Translations under genes and position numbers: made by a program
Shown here: positions 53,492 to 64,000 of the stretch, piece by piece
Layout of the letters: every line of letters starts with the position of its first letter
Position numbering within the stretch: position 1 is the stretch's first letter
Notes under the pieces: model-generated
Told to the model about the DNA's origin: nothing
Database searches by the model: none
The model's input: the letters and a program-made list of their open reading frames with translations, nothing else
Origin: Eledone cirrhosa
Lineage: Eukaryota
Assembly: GCA_964016885.1 (NCBI GenBank)
Contig: OZ024740.1
Span: 90,954,001-91,018,000, forward strand
Direction: 5' to 3'
Length of the DNA stretch: 64,000 nucleotides

Positions 53492-54263
53492 GAACTGGTT
53501 GAGAAGAGGAGACCTCAAAAAGGCTACAGAAGGAATGCTAATGGCTGCGCAGGAGCAGGCCCTCAAAACGAAGTGGTTGAAGCACCATATCTACAAGGAG
53601 GAGGCTAGCCCACTGTGCAGGATCTGTGGAGAGAGAGAGGAGACTGTGGCTCACATTGTGTCCGAGTGTAAACACCTAGCCCAGACCCACTATAAGGGCT
53701 GGAGACACGATGTGATGGGCAGGGTGATCCACTGGCACCTGTGCAAAGTAAACAATCTACCACATTCTGAGAAATGGTATGAGCATAGGCCAGAGGCGGT
53801 GATGGAGAACAGTCAGGTGAAGGTGCTGTGGGATTTTAGGATACAGACGGACAAAAAACTGGAACACAATAGACCTGACCTTGTGGTTGTGGACAAAGAA
53901 AAAAGATCGTGCCTGATTGTGGATGTGGCCTGCCCGTTCGACACGAGAGTGCAAGAGAAGGAGAGGGAGAAAATTAACCGATACCAGGACCTAAAGTGGG
54001 AGGTGAAAAGGATTTGGAACTGCCATGAAGTCAAAGTGATCCCGATTGTCATAGGCGCACTGGCGACTATCTCCAAAGGTTTCCAGGGATGGTGAAAGAA
54101 AATCGGCCCCTTCACGCTTTTTGGAACGCTTCAAAAGGCATGCTTGCTTGGAACGGCAAGAACCCTCCGATACGTCCTGAATATCTGAGGCTGCAGGTAG
54201 TGGCTTGATATTCAATCCAACGGACTTTCCAGTTAACCAACATCAATGACTGAGATTCAAGGA
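53490..54263 (+). mobile_element. 5'-truncated R4/Dong-type LINE, copy 2
   Basis: ORF 53499-54095: TEGMLMAAQEQAL, CRICGEREETVAHIVSEC, RHD, LWDFRIQTD, RPDLV, DVACPFD, EKINRYQDL, VIPIVIGAL; (TAA)n tail. Confidence 0.9.
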
Positions 54264-54297
54264 ATAATAATAATAATAATAACCACCATAATAATAA

Positions 54298-55038
54298 TGT
54301 TTTCTTTATTAACCACAAGGGTTTACATAAAGTAGACATTAAGGACAGTACAGGACAATACAGGACGGTACAAATGGGCATTTCTGCGTGTAAAAAAAAC
54401 AGAGGTTGAAATAAAATAACAAAGAAAAATTCCCCAATAGGGGGGGGAGTCTTCCGAGGGACATTTGTGGAGAAAGCCCATTAAAAGACCACAGTGGCCC
54501 TGACCACCAGGACAAGTGCCCTCTCCCAGTTTTCCACCTTTAATTTACAGACACATACTCAGAGAAGGCCCATTCATTCGGGCCATATATGCTTCTCTCA
54601 CGCATCTTTCAACAAAATGCTGGGAAGAGAGCACTTCCCTCTCTACCCTGATTTTCCTTTTCAAATGAAATTTGAAAAAGTTAATCAGGGCATCACCGAA
54701 GAGGTAAGTGCTCGTCTTCAGCCCTTTCAAACGTGTCATCCATAGTATCTCTCTCGCCATGGCCACCAGACAGAGAAAAACTGCCTGCCCTTCCCGGCTA
54801 AAGGAAGGGGGCGGGGCAATCCTCACGATGGACTCAGCTGATAGCTGGATCCGTCCTACACGTGACAGCAGGTGTTCGACATAAACCCACAAGTCAGCAA
54901 TGCTCGGACACTGGACGAGTGCGTGCAGGACGGTTTCGTCGCCCTGCGCGCATCTCGGACATGCCCGGCTGACGGCACCTCCATGCCTGTAGAGTTTATC
55001 CCGAACTGGCAAAGCTCCTCGGTAGCACTGCCAGGCCA
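54298..55038 (-). mobile_element. 5'-truncated Tx1/L1-clade LINE 3' end
   Basis: ORF 54545-55039 WQCYRGALPVRDKLYRHG..CPRC..ETVLHALVQCP (zf-RVT), then 3' UTR, AATAAA and (TTA)n. Confidence 0.85.
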
Positions 55039-55056
55039 AATAATAATAATTATAAT

Positions 55057-55266
55057 AATTTCATTTATTAGCCACAAGGGCCAACATGTAGGGGACAATA
55101 CAAAGACAGGGACAGTGGGCGTTTACAATAAGGTCGAGTAAAAGTGCACAATGGCAAGACTAATTTAACAATGAAAATATAAAATATAAAATAAACTATG
55201 CAGAATATAACAAAATAAATTCCCCGATAGGGGGTGGACGACGCTGGGGTGATCGGGTACCCCACC
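55057..55266 (-). mobile_element. short Tx1 3'-UTR fragment in (TAA)n
   Basis: Similar to 54298-54460 (CCACAAGGG..GGACA..TTCCCC.ATAGGGGG). Confidence 0.6.
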
Positions 55267-55776
55267 AATAATAATAATAATAATAACCACCACTGCCTCG
55301 GTATCGACATCACCACCACCACTGTCTCAGTATCGATACCGTCGCTACTGTCTCCCACATCTCCCCGCCGCCACCACTCCTTCAATGCTACCACCACTAT
55401 TCCCGTGTTAACTTGAGAGAGAAAGGGGAAGGTGGCGGTATCACTAGACAAGGGAGAGGCTAGCAAAAGATATAAATAGATTGACTTAGTGACCTGACCA
55501 AGGCCAAACGACAATATCAACAAATATGGGACTGCTGGCTCACCCCTTCCTCACCAACAATATAAAAAGCCCCGGCACCACCACCGACATAGCCAACAAC
55601 AATAACAGCCAACTACAACAAAAAGTATATTATATTATTGTAATGCACTGGGTGATTGCTGGCCTTGTGCCTGGAGTGGAGACAATTATTTATAATTTCA
55701 TTCTTAAGCCACGCAATGCTCACACTAAGGAACCACTAATGATAATAACAATTTAAAAAAAAACAACAAAAAGAAA

Positions 55777-58700
55777 ACCCCGTGACCAAGAAATACCGGG
55801 ATGGCGGCCGGCGGGGAGTAGCCGTGTGTCTAGGGGAGAACGACCCCTCTAGTCTTTGTTGACACTCGTTCTAGAAGTGGTAACACGAAATGATTACCCC
55901 TTGGCGGATAAAGATAAAACGCGAAAAAATAAAGTAAATGTCTAATGATAAAATCTCATACCGGATCGGCCGTCATCCGGGTAAAAAAGGGCCGCGTCGC
56001 TCAGAGAGGAACCAGACTGGGGTCGAAAAATCAGCTAATGGTTCAAACCTTCCCATCACTTCGGAGCTGGAGACCTCCCATAACCGGAATACTCCTACTG
56101 TTGGCCCTCCATGCTCATCACCAAGAAATCCAAAGAAAAAGAGTGAAAAATGGTCAAGGGAAGATAATAAAGAAGTCCTTGAGGCTTTCTACACTGCCAT
56201 GTACTACCCATCAAATACATCGAATACAGAACAGACATATATCAACTGGAAAAAGAAACATCCCGAAAACAGAGGCCATATTGACAGTAACAAACTAGCC
56301 AATATACGAAGAAATATTGTAAGAAAAAAGTTACTAACTGACATAGAAATTGATCAGATCAAGCTATTAGCACAAAGTCAGCGTAGGGAAAATGAAACAT
56401 GTGTCAGTGAAAACGAGGTAAACTGTAACACTTCGAATCCCAGGGTTGGGGCGGAATCACTGGCAACAGAAAAAATTAAAGAAAGGAGCGAAAAATTGGA
56501 GGGAGTGCATGCTCAGGATGAAACTCCAAATGAAAATAATGAGATCGTAAATGATAAGGAAATGAATGAGAATGAACTTGCCAACTTGAAGGATGAAATT
56601 ATGATCTAATGGATGAAAATGAAAGAATCTGACATGGGGCAACGAGACACCCTCCGTAAGATCCAGAACTCCAAACAGAACAAAAAGATAATACACAAGA
56701 CTAACATAATTCTCAAAAACATTATCATCACAAACAAACTAAACATTACTGATTTAAATCATCTCTATTATGCATCGGCTAAAGTCACCACTCACTTATG
56801 TGGAGTGAAGATGAAAAAATAAAGGAATTCCCACAAGAAATCTACTTGGCAAGAGAACATCAATCGCCAAATAAACCTTCTCCGATCTGACATAGAAATT
56901 TTAACAAACAATAAAGTAGGTGAACATGTTAAACAAACTAAACTTAGAAAATTGAAAAAAAAGTACAGTATAAAATCAACATGTGACATAGACATGCTGA
57001 TAGAAATAATCAAGCAAAAAGTGTCGGCCAAAGCTGCTCGTATAAGGCGCTTTGAAAAACGATCTAGACTCTATAAGGACAATAATATGTTCAAAAACAA
57101 CCAAAGAAACTTCTACAGAAAAATTGGTAAGTCAACAATAACTGCTAAATCAATACCACCCAAGGAGGAAGTGCAAGAATTCTGGGAAAAGATCTGGGCC
57201 GAAGAAAAAGTTCATAACATACATGCCCCATGGATAGACAGACAAATGAAAGATACGGCTCACTTTGGGGAACAAACATGGGAAAATATAACAGTTGAAC
57301 AGTTGCGCTTGGCTCTAAGAAAAATCAGCCAATGGAAATCCCCAGGAAAAGACAAAATACAAAACCTTTGGATAAATGCCTTCACAGAGTCCCATGAGCT
57401 GTTAGCCCAACTTTACAATGAAATAGTTAAGGAGCCAGAAAATATACCTTCATGGCTAGTTAACGGCATTACATTCCTGCTTCCGAAGAATGACGAGACA
57501 AACAATCCCAAAAATTACAGACCGATAACTTGCTTGACCACAATGTATAAAATTTTAACATCAGTCCTAACTGAATACACATATGACCACCTGATAACAA
57601 ATGACCTATTTCCCATTGAGCAGAAAGGGTGTAAACGAGGCTCATATGGCTGTAAGGATCAGCGTCTGGTTAACAAAATGCTACTGGAAGATTGTCATAA
57701 CAGACACAAAAATCTATCGATTGCTTGGATAGATTATAAAAAAGCATTTGATAGTTTGCCACACAGTTGGATTGAAAAATGTTTAGAGATTTTCAAAGTA
57801 TCCCCCGTTGTCAGGAGGTTTTTGTCATTCAGTATGAAGACATGGAAAACGACACTCCTTTTGAATAGTGAAACACAATCACTGGAAGCTGGAGAAGTTA
57901 ATATTAAATGTGGAATTTTACAGGGTGACTCTTTATCAACGCTTTTATTCTGCATCGCACTTATACCATTAAGTAAAATGCTCAATGAAACAAAACATGG
58001 ATATAAAGTCTATGACAAAACCATTAATCACCTGTTCCACATGGATGACCTGAAACTATTTGCAAAAAATGATGAACAATTGCAAGGGCTATTATCCACT
58101 GTGAAGCAGTTCAGTGATGACATTAAAATGGAGTTTGGACTAGATAAATGCGCCAAAGCAACGTTCACCAGAGGAAAGCTGTTGAAGAGTTCAGACATTA
58201 ATCTTGATCGGGGGAACGTGATAAGAGAACTTGATCAAGAAAAAACTTACAAATATCTAGGTGTTTGTGAAGGAGACGGAATCAAGCACTCGACAATGAG
58301 GGAAAGGATAAGGAAGGAATGTTACCGCAGAGTAAGAGCAATCTTAAGAACGGAATTGAATGCAAGGAATAGGATCGATGCCATAAACAAGCTTGCCATA
58401 CCAGTAGTAACCTACAGTTACAATGTCATCAACTGGTCAAGCACAGAGATCCGTAGGCTCGATACAAAAATTCGAAAATTCTTAACCATGCACAGAATGC
58501 ATCACCCGAAGGCAGATATAGATAGAATATATCTCCCTAGGAAAGAAGGAGGACGTGGGTTAATCCAGTTAGACATTGCGTTGAAAACTGCAACAATTGG
58601 ATTATCTACATATCTAAGGGAATCACATGATTGGATGATCAAACTCGTTTTGAAACACGAAAGCATCAAAAGATCATATTCCATTACAAAAGATGCACAA

Positions 58701-59730
58701 AGATACAGTAATGGACTACAAGTTTCAGAAGTCCCATTTACTACTGAAATGGAAAACACAGAAAAAGCAAAGCAGGTAAAAGTAACTGCAAAGAAAGAAC
58801 TGCTACAGAAACTGGCTAAGAAATGGCAAGAAAAGCCTCTGTATGGAAAATACCCAGAGCGAGCAAACAATCCTGATGTTGACAAAACTTTAACCCATCA
58901 GTGGTTGGCATTCTTCTGGACTGAAATCGGAGACTGAAGGACTGATTATATCGGCACAAGATCAGTGTCTGCCAACAAAAAATTACCAAGCCAACATAAT
59001 AAAAAATGGGTGCAGCCCATTATGCCGTTTAGGCAAAAAATAACCAGAGACCATTGACCATATAATTTCAATGTGCAGTCCTATAGCTCCAACCGAATAC
59101 CTAAACAGGCATGACAGAGCTGCACAATACATACATTGGATAATGTGTAAGCATTTTGACCTGCCCCATCAAAAGAATTGGTGGGAGCATCAACCACCTC
59201 CCGTACTTGAAAAATATCACATCTCAATCTTGTGGAACTTTAGCATGCAAACAGACCGAAAACTAGGTGCAAACAGATCTGATATAATATTGAAGGACTT
59301 TCAAAGGAGGGTATGCCTGCTAATTGATATGTCTCTTCCAATAGACAAGAATTTATCTATAAAAACATTTGAAAAATTGAGCAAGTATAAGGACCTGGAG
59401 TTAGAAATTGGAAAAATGTGGAAATTGAGAACTAAAACAATACCAGTGGTTGTAGGCGCTCTGGGAATGATACCTAAGGGGTCTAACGACTACTTATCGC
59501 AAATCCCAGGAAACCCGCGTATAGGAGAAATACAAAAGATAGTACTAATGGGAACTGCCCATATACTAAGGAAGATCCTGTCAATATAAGTACATCACAA
59601 GTCTAAACACTAAGGATGCATGTGTGAATATGTATGTTCTTTCTTGAACATGGCGGACCTTGTTGTCTCTTGAGGTCACTGGTTGTGACTTGGTGATAAC
59701 TCGTATGAACATAAAGCAAGATAAATGCAA
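55777..59730 (+). mobile_element. near full-length R4/Dong-clade non-LTR retrotransposon (single ORF about 55938-59589, RT + CCHC + REL), inactivated
   Basis: ORFs 55938, 56613 and 56952 share one frame, split by point stops; frameshift near 58910 and a stop at 59041. Motifs WKSPGKD, NYRPITCL, EQKGC, WIDYKKAFDS, GILQGDSLS, HMDDLKL, YKYLG, PRKEGGRG, RHD, R.DI..D, EKLSKYKDL, IPVVVGALG; TAA-rich tail. Confidence 0.93.
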
Positions 59731-59797
59731 ATAATAATAATAATAATAACAATAATAATAAAGCAAGATAAATGCAACTGTAATAATAATAATAATG

Positions 59798-62700
59798 ATA
59801 ATTTCTTTATTGGACACAAGGGCTGGCATCAAGAAAAACATTACAAACGGCACAGGACGGTACAGTACGGTACGATGTGGTTTTGTGCGTGTAAATGTTT
59901 TTATTATTTATATAAGAGAGGAAAAAAAAGACATAGAAACATATATATATATAAACAATAAAAATGAAAATTGAAACAATGAAAAATTCCCCAATACGGG
60001 GGAAACCTCCGAGGGTTACTCTTGGCGAAAACCACACAAAAGACAACGGCCACCCTGCCCACCTGGGCAAGCGCGCCCTCCCAATTTCTCCTTCTCTCAA
60101 ACTACAGACGTATATTCAGAGTGGTCCAGTTCACTCGGACCATTCTCGCTACATTCACCTACCTTTTAACAAACTTGCTAGAAGGCAGCACTTGCCTCTC
60201 CACCATGATTTTCCTCTTCAGGTGAAACTTGAAAAAGTTAATTAGGGATTCGCCGAAGAGGAAAGTGTCAGTCTTTAACCCTTTTAACCTTGTCCAGAAC
60301 ACAATCACTTTCGCCAGGCAGATGAAAACCGCCTGCCCTTCCTCCTCGAAGGAAGACGAGAGACCATCTGCACAATGGACTCAGTCGACAACCGGATCAG
60401 TCCTACACGCGACAGCAACTGTTCGACATAGCTCTACAAGTCAGCAATGCTCGGCCACTGAACGAGTTCGTGCACGACGGTTTCGTCACTCTGTGCGCAT
60501 CTCGGACAGGCTCGGCTGACGGCACTTCCGCGCCTGTAGAGCTTATCTCGAACTGGCAGCACTCCCCGGTAGCACTGCCAGGCCAGGGATTTTTGTAAGT
60601 TATCCATAGGACCCGAGTTGAAAGTTCTCCGGAAGAGAGCAAACAGCTGATGTTCTTCGACGCCCAGGATCTCTCTGAGAATGTCGTCGCGCTTCCCCTC
60701 CACTACTCCTCTAGAGAACGCCGAGGTCGATGTTCCACCGATACTGGTGCCCAGCTCGCAGAGAGCAGTGAGCGCCTGGAGACATTCCAGTTTCCAAGCG
60801 CTATCCCTCGGTCTGTTTTCTGACCCAGGACTGCAGCTCCGTCAAGGAGACAAGCTGTGGGAAAACGTGCCTGGCGAACGGCGACCACACCTGTTCACCA
60901 TCTAGGAAGCACCAGAGATGTCGAAGCCTCAGCGCATGTTTGCGCATCATCAGCCATGGCATGCCCAGTCCTCCACGCAACGGGTGTTGACAGCAGATGG
61001 ATCGTCTGACCATGGGAGCGAGACCCTTCCACAAAAAGCGGAAGATGAGGCGCTCCATTTTGGTGAGAGTTGGGCTCGAGCAAGGGACGCGGTGAGGCGG
61101 TAGCAGATGACGGATGCGATGTACGCATTCGCCACCTCCGCCCGCCCTTTCGGTGACAGCTTCCTATCGGCCCATTTCTGGGTGAGGGAGGCCACTCTGA
61201 TCGTCATCTCCTTCCAGTTTTTCTCCATCTAGAGGTCCGGTCCGAACCAGACCCGAGCAATTTAACAGTCCGTCCGTCCAATGCCCCACGACGCTGTCGG
61301 ACGGCATAGACTTGCCTCTCCAGGTGCCGAGCTGCAAGCCCACAGAGTTTCCTGGTTTATCTTTGCTCCTGTCACCGCTTCGTATTCCTTGAGAGCGGTG
61401 ACGTCGTCAGCGTAAGTCGACTTGAATTTCCCGTATCCTAGTTCGCATGCGACGCCCTTCATCGCCCCCAGTTTGTGCAGTAACGGATCGTGAGTAACGG
61501 ATCGTGAGCCAATACGTACAAGAGGGACGAGAGGGGACAACACGCATGATGCTGAACGGCTGCGACAGGTGACCGTTCACCCTCACAACTGAGCATATGT
61601 TGCTGTACATTACTGCGATCCAACCCCTGAAAACGGGCCCGAAATCTGCTGCCTCGAGGACCGCCACCACGTACCGATGGTCGCCCTATCGAATGCTTTG
61701 GATTGATCCAAGTTGATCAAGCCCAAATAGCAGGTTTCTTAGCCACCCTCTCTATGATGTATCGCATGAGGTGGAGGTTGTCGTGTATGGATCTGTCCGG
61801 AATGGCGCATATCTGCGCCTCTCTCACCAGACTCCTGACGACAAGCGCCAACTCCCGTTCTGCAGCCAGTTGCAGCAGAACTCTGCCAAGAGGTCACCGA
61901 ACAAGTCTGTCATAAATGCATAACGCTCGTAGGGAAGACCATTGAAACCTGGCGATTTACCCCTTGTACAGTTAGGTATCGCTTACCGTATTTCACCGGC
62001 AGTTATTGACTTTTCGCAACACTGTGCTGCGGCCCTTGGGAGCCGAGGCATTCCGTCGAGGTATGCACTGAAGTCCATGCCCCGATCCTGGCCGCCGCCG
62101 CTCCCGAACAGTTCAGCAAAGTGCTGCTGAAAAGCTTCACACATCCGCTCGTGTTCGAGCATCAAGCACCCGTTTTGGTCAGACAAAGACCGAATTGTGT
62201 CTCTGTTGCCACGTCGCGCCTCTGCCACCCGGGCTCATTGGATGGTTTTTGTCCCCTCGTGATACAGAGCACGCGCTCTAGCTCTGACAACGCAGCCTTC
62301 GTTTTTTGGTTTGAAGAATTGGTCAAGTGCCTATCTCGCCGCAAGTACGTCGTATGCGATGCCTGTCCTAAACGCCTCTTCTAGCCTTCTGACTAGCGCT
62401 CCCTCTACTCTATTTTCCTCTATCACTACTCCTTTGCTAAACCTAATCGACTGTGCTTTAATTGCCCTTTTGGGTCGAACCACCACCTGTTGTTGACGAC
62501 CACTCCCGTCAACGACGCCCGCTTAACTAATACGCTAATCCGGCTTCTGTAGGCTTTGCGCGCCGGGAAAGACGCGTTAAGCTTCCAGTAACCAGGCCCT
62601 TGTCTATGAAGTATGTATATGTCGATCTCACAGATCACAAATATGTGGTCTGTGTAGTCGACTATTTTAAATTGTGGACAACTTATACTAGCCTTATCTA

Positions 62701-63937
62701 GTTCTCTGCAGAATACCCTATCGAGATACGATCTGGGTGACCCGATGCGGTTTGTCCATGTCCACAATGGCACATTCGGGTGATCCAGTCGATACCTGTC
62801 AGACAGTTCAAAACGTCTGAGCAGGTTGGTGAGGCTCTTGCACCCTTCTCCCTTCTCCCTTCTCCCTTCTCCCTTCTCCCTTATCCACTAGCCCCACAAT
62901 CTGGGGGATTGTAAGATATATAGATGAATGAACCGAATGTGGAGAGTTGAGAAGAAATGGATATGGACGTAACATTTCGTAGAAGAAAACTGAACAAGCG
63001 ACCATCAATAATAGGAGACAAATTCTGGGTTTAGTCCCCTGTAGCATGGTTTATTTATATTTGGTTGGCAAGGAGTGAGGAGGAGTGTGAGACCAGCGTA
63101 TATGATAGAGAGAGTGAGGGGCTGAGAGGCGATTTCAGCAGGCCAAGAGAGAGAGAGGGCAATCCCTAATTTAACCTGGCATAATTTCTTTTTTCGGCCA
63201 AAATTGTTGCAGGAATATTATTTAGAATTGTAGAAAGACAAACAATTATGAACATGATTTTTTTTTGATTCTGGGGGATTGTAAGATATATAGATGCGAG
63301 AACAGAATTATTTTTAGAACAACGGTGAGAAAGAACAGAATTATAGAAATCCAATTTTGAATACGATTTTTTGATTCTGGGGGATCGTAAGATATATAGA
63401 TGAATGAACCGAATGTGGAGAGTTGAGAAGGAATGGATATGTACGTTACATTTAGTAGAAGAAAACTGAACAAGCGACCATCAATAATAGGAGACAAATT
63501 CTGGGTTTAGTCCCCTGTAGCATGGCTTATTTATATTTGGTTGGCAAGGAATGACACTAAACGGCGGGACGTTCCAGGAAAGATCTCTAGACGTCTGAAG
63601 AAATCTGGCCGTCCTGCTCCTGTTGGGGCGTAGACGGCTACTAGCATGAAAGCATTGCCTTCGCTGCCGGTCACGTCCAGCACCGCCGACTTCCCTTCTG
63701 GGTCGAGGAAGATGGCCCGTATCACGAGTTCCAAGCCTCTCCGAAAAAGGACGGCAACCCTTCACCCCGATCCTGGACAGCTGTGCGATGAGTATACATC
63801 GTAGCCGCCGAAGATCGCTGCGAAGGCTTGTGCTTCGGTGATTCTGGTTTCACTGATGGCCACCACATCTATGTTTAGTGACCTGAGGTCGTTGAGCAGG
63901 TGACCATGCTTCCAAGATGACCGCAGGCCACGTGCAT
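59798..63937 (-). mobile_element. degenerate Tx1/L1-clade LINE ORF2 (APE, RT, zf-RVT) + 3' UTR, interrupted at about 62902-63550
   Basis: APE: LVAVYAP, SYLDRVF, TDH, GPGYWKLNAS. RT: NLDQSKAF, YADDVT. C-terminal: GGLGMP, WQCYRGVLPVRDKL..CPRC. Ends in (TTA)n. Confidence 0.88.
62899..63550. repeat. unidentified insertion with about 175-bp terminal direct repeats (period about 477 bp)
   Basis: 62899-63073 repeats 63376-63550. TCTGGGGGAT.GTAAGATATATAGATG occurs three times. It splits the Tx1 APE domain. Confidence 0.7.
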
Positions 63938-64000
63938 AGCTGTGGTGGCCATCAGTGAAACCAGAAGCGTATTCTGAGTACGGCCATGTTGGAGGAAAAA

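Overview
This is AT-rich, microsatellite-laden eukaryotic non-coding DNA. It is most likely from an octopod cephalopod, inferred from the tRNA-head SINE family and the repeat landscape. I could not support any host protein-coding exon; nearly all short ORFs are microsatellite or antisense artefacts. The window is a mosaic of retroelement and DNA-transposon remnants: three Penelope-like elements (PLEs; two RT+GIY-YIG, one GIY-YIG 3' fragment), RTE LINE fragments and an internally deleted RTE derivative, a near full-length R4/Dong-type LINE, Tx1/L1-clade LINEs, SINEs, a mariner relic, MITEs and a Helitron Rep fragment. The main unannotated signal, found by reading the sequence, is a dense set of type I hammerhead ribozyme (HHR) motifs: about 16 intact or near-intact copies from about 8 unrelated sequence families, plus half-motifs. 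Two families lie in non-coding 468-nt and 559-nt head-to-tail repeats. These are inserted into (TA)n tracts as greater-than-unit-length, circularly permuted, back-to-back arrays, the same architecture as the PLEs nearby. I infer that they are non-LTR retrozyme-like circular RNAs mobilised by PLE machinery. All RNA structures were folded by eye and none was tested computationally.
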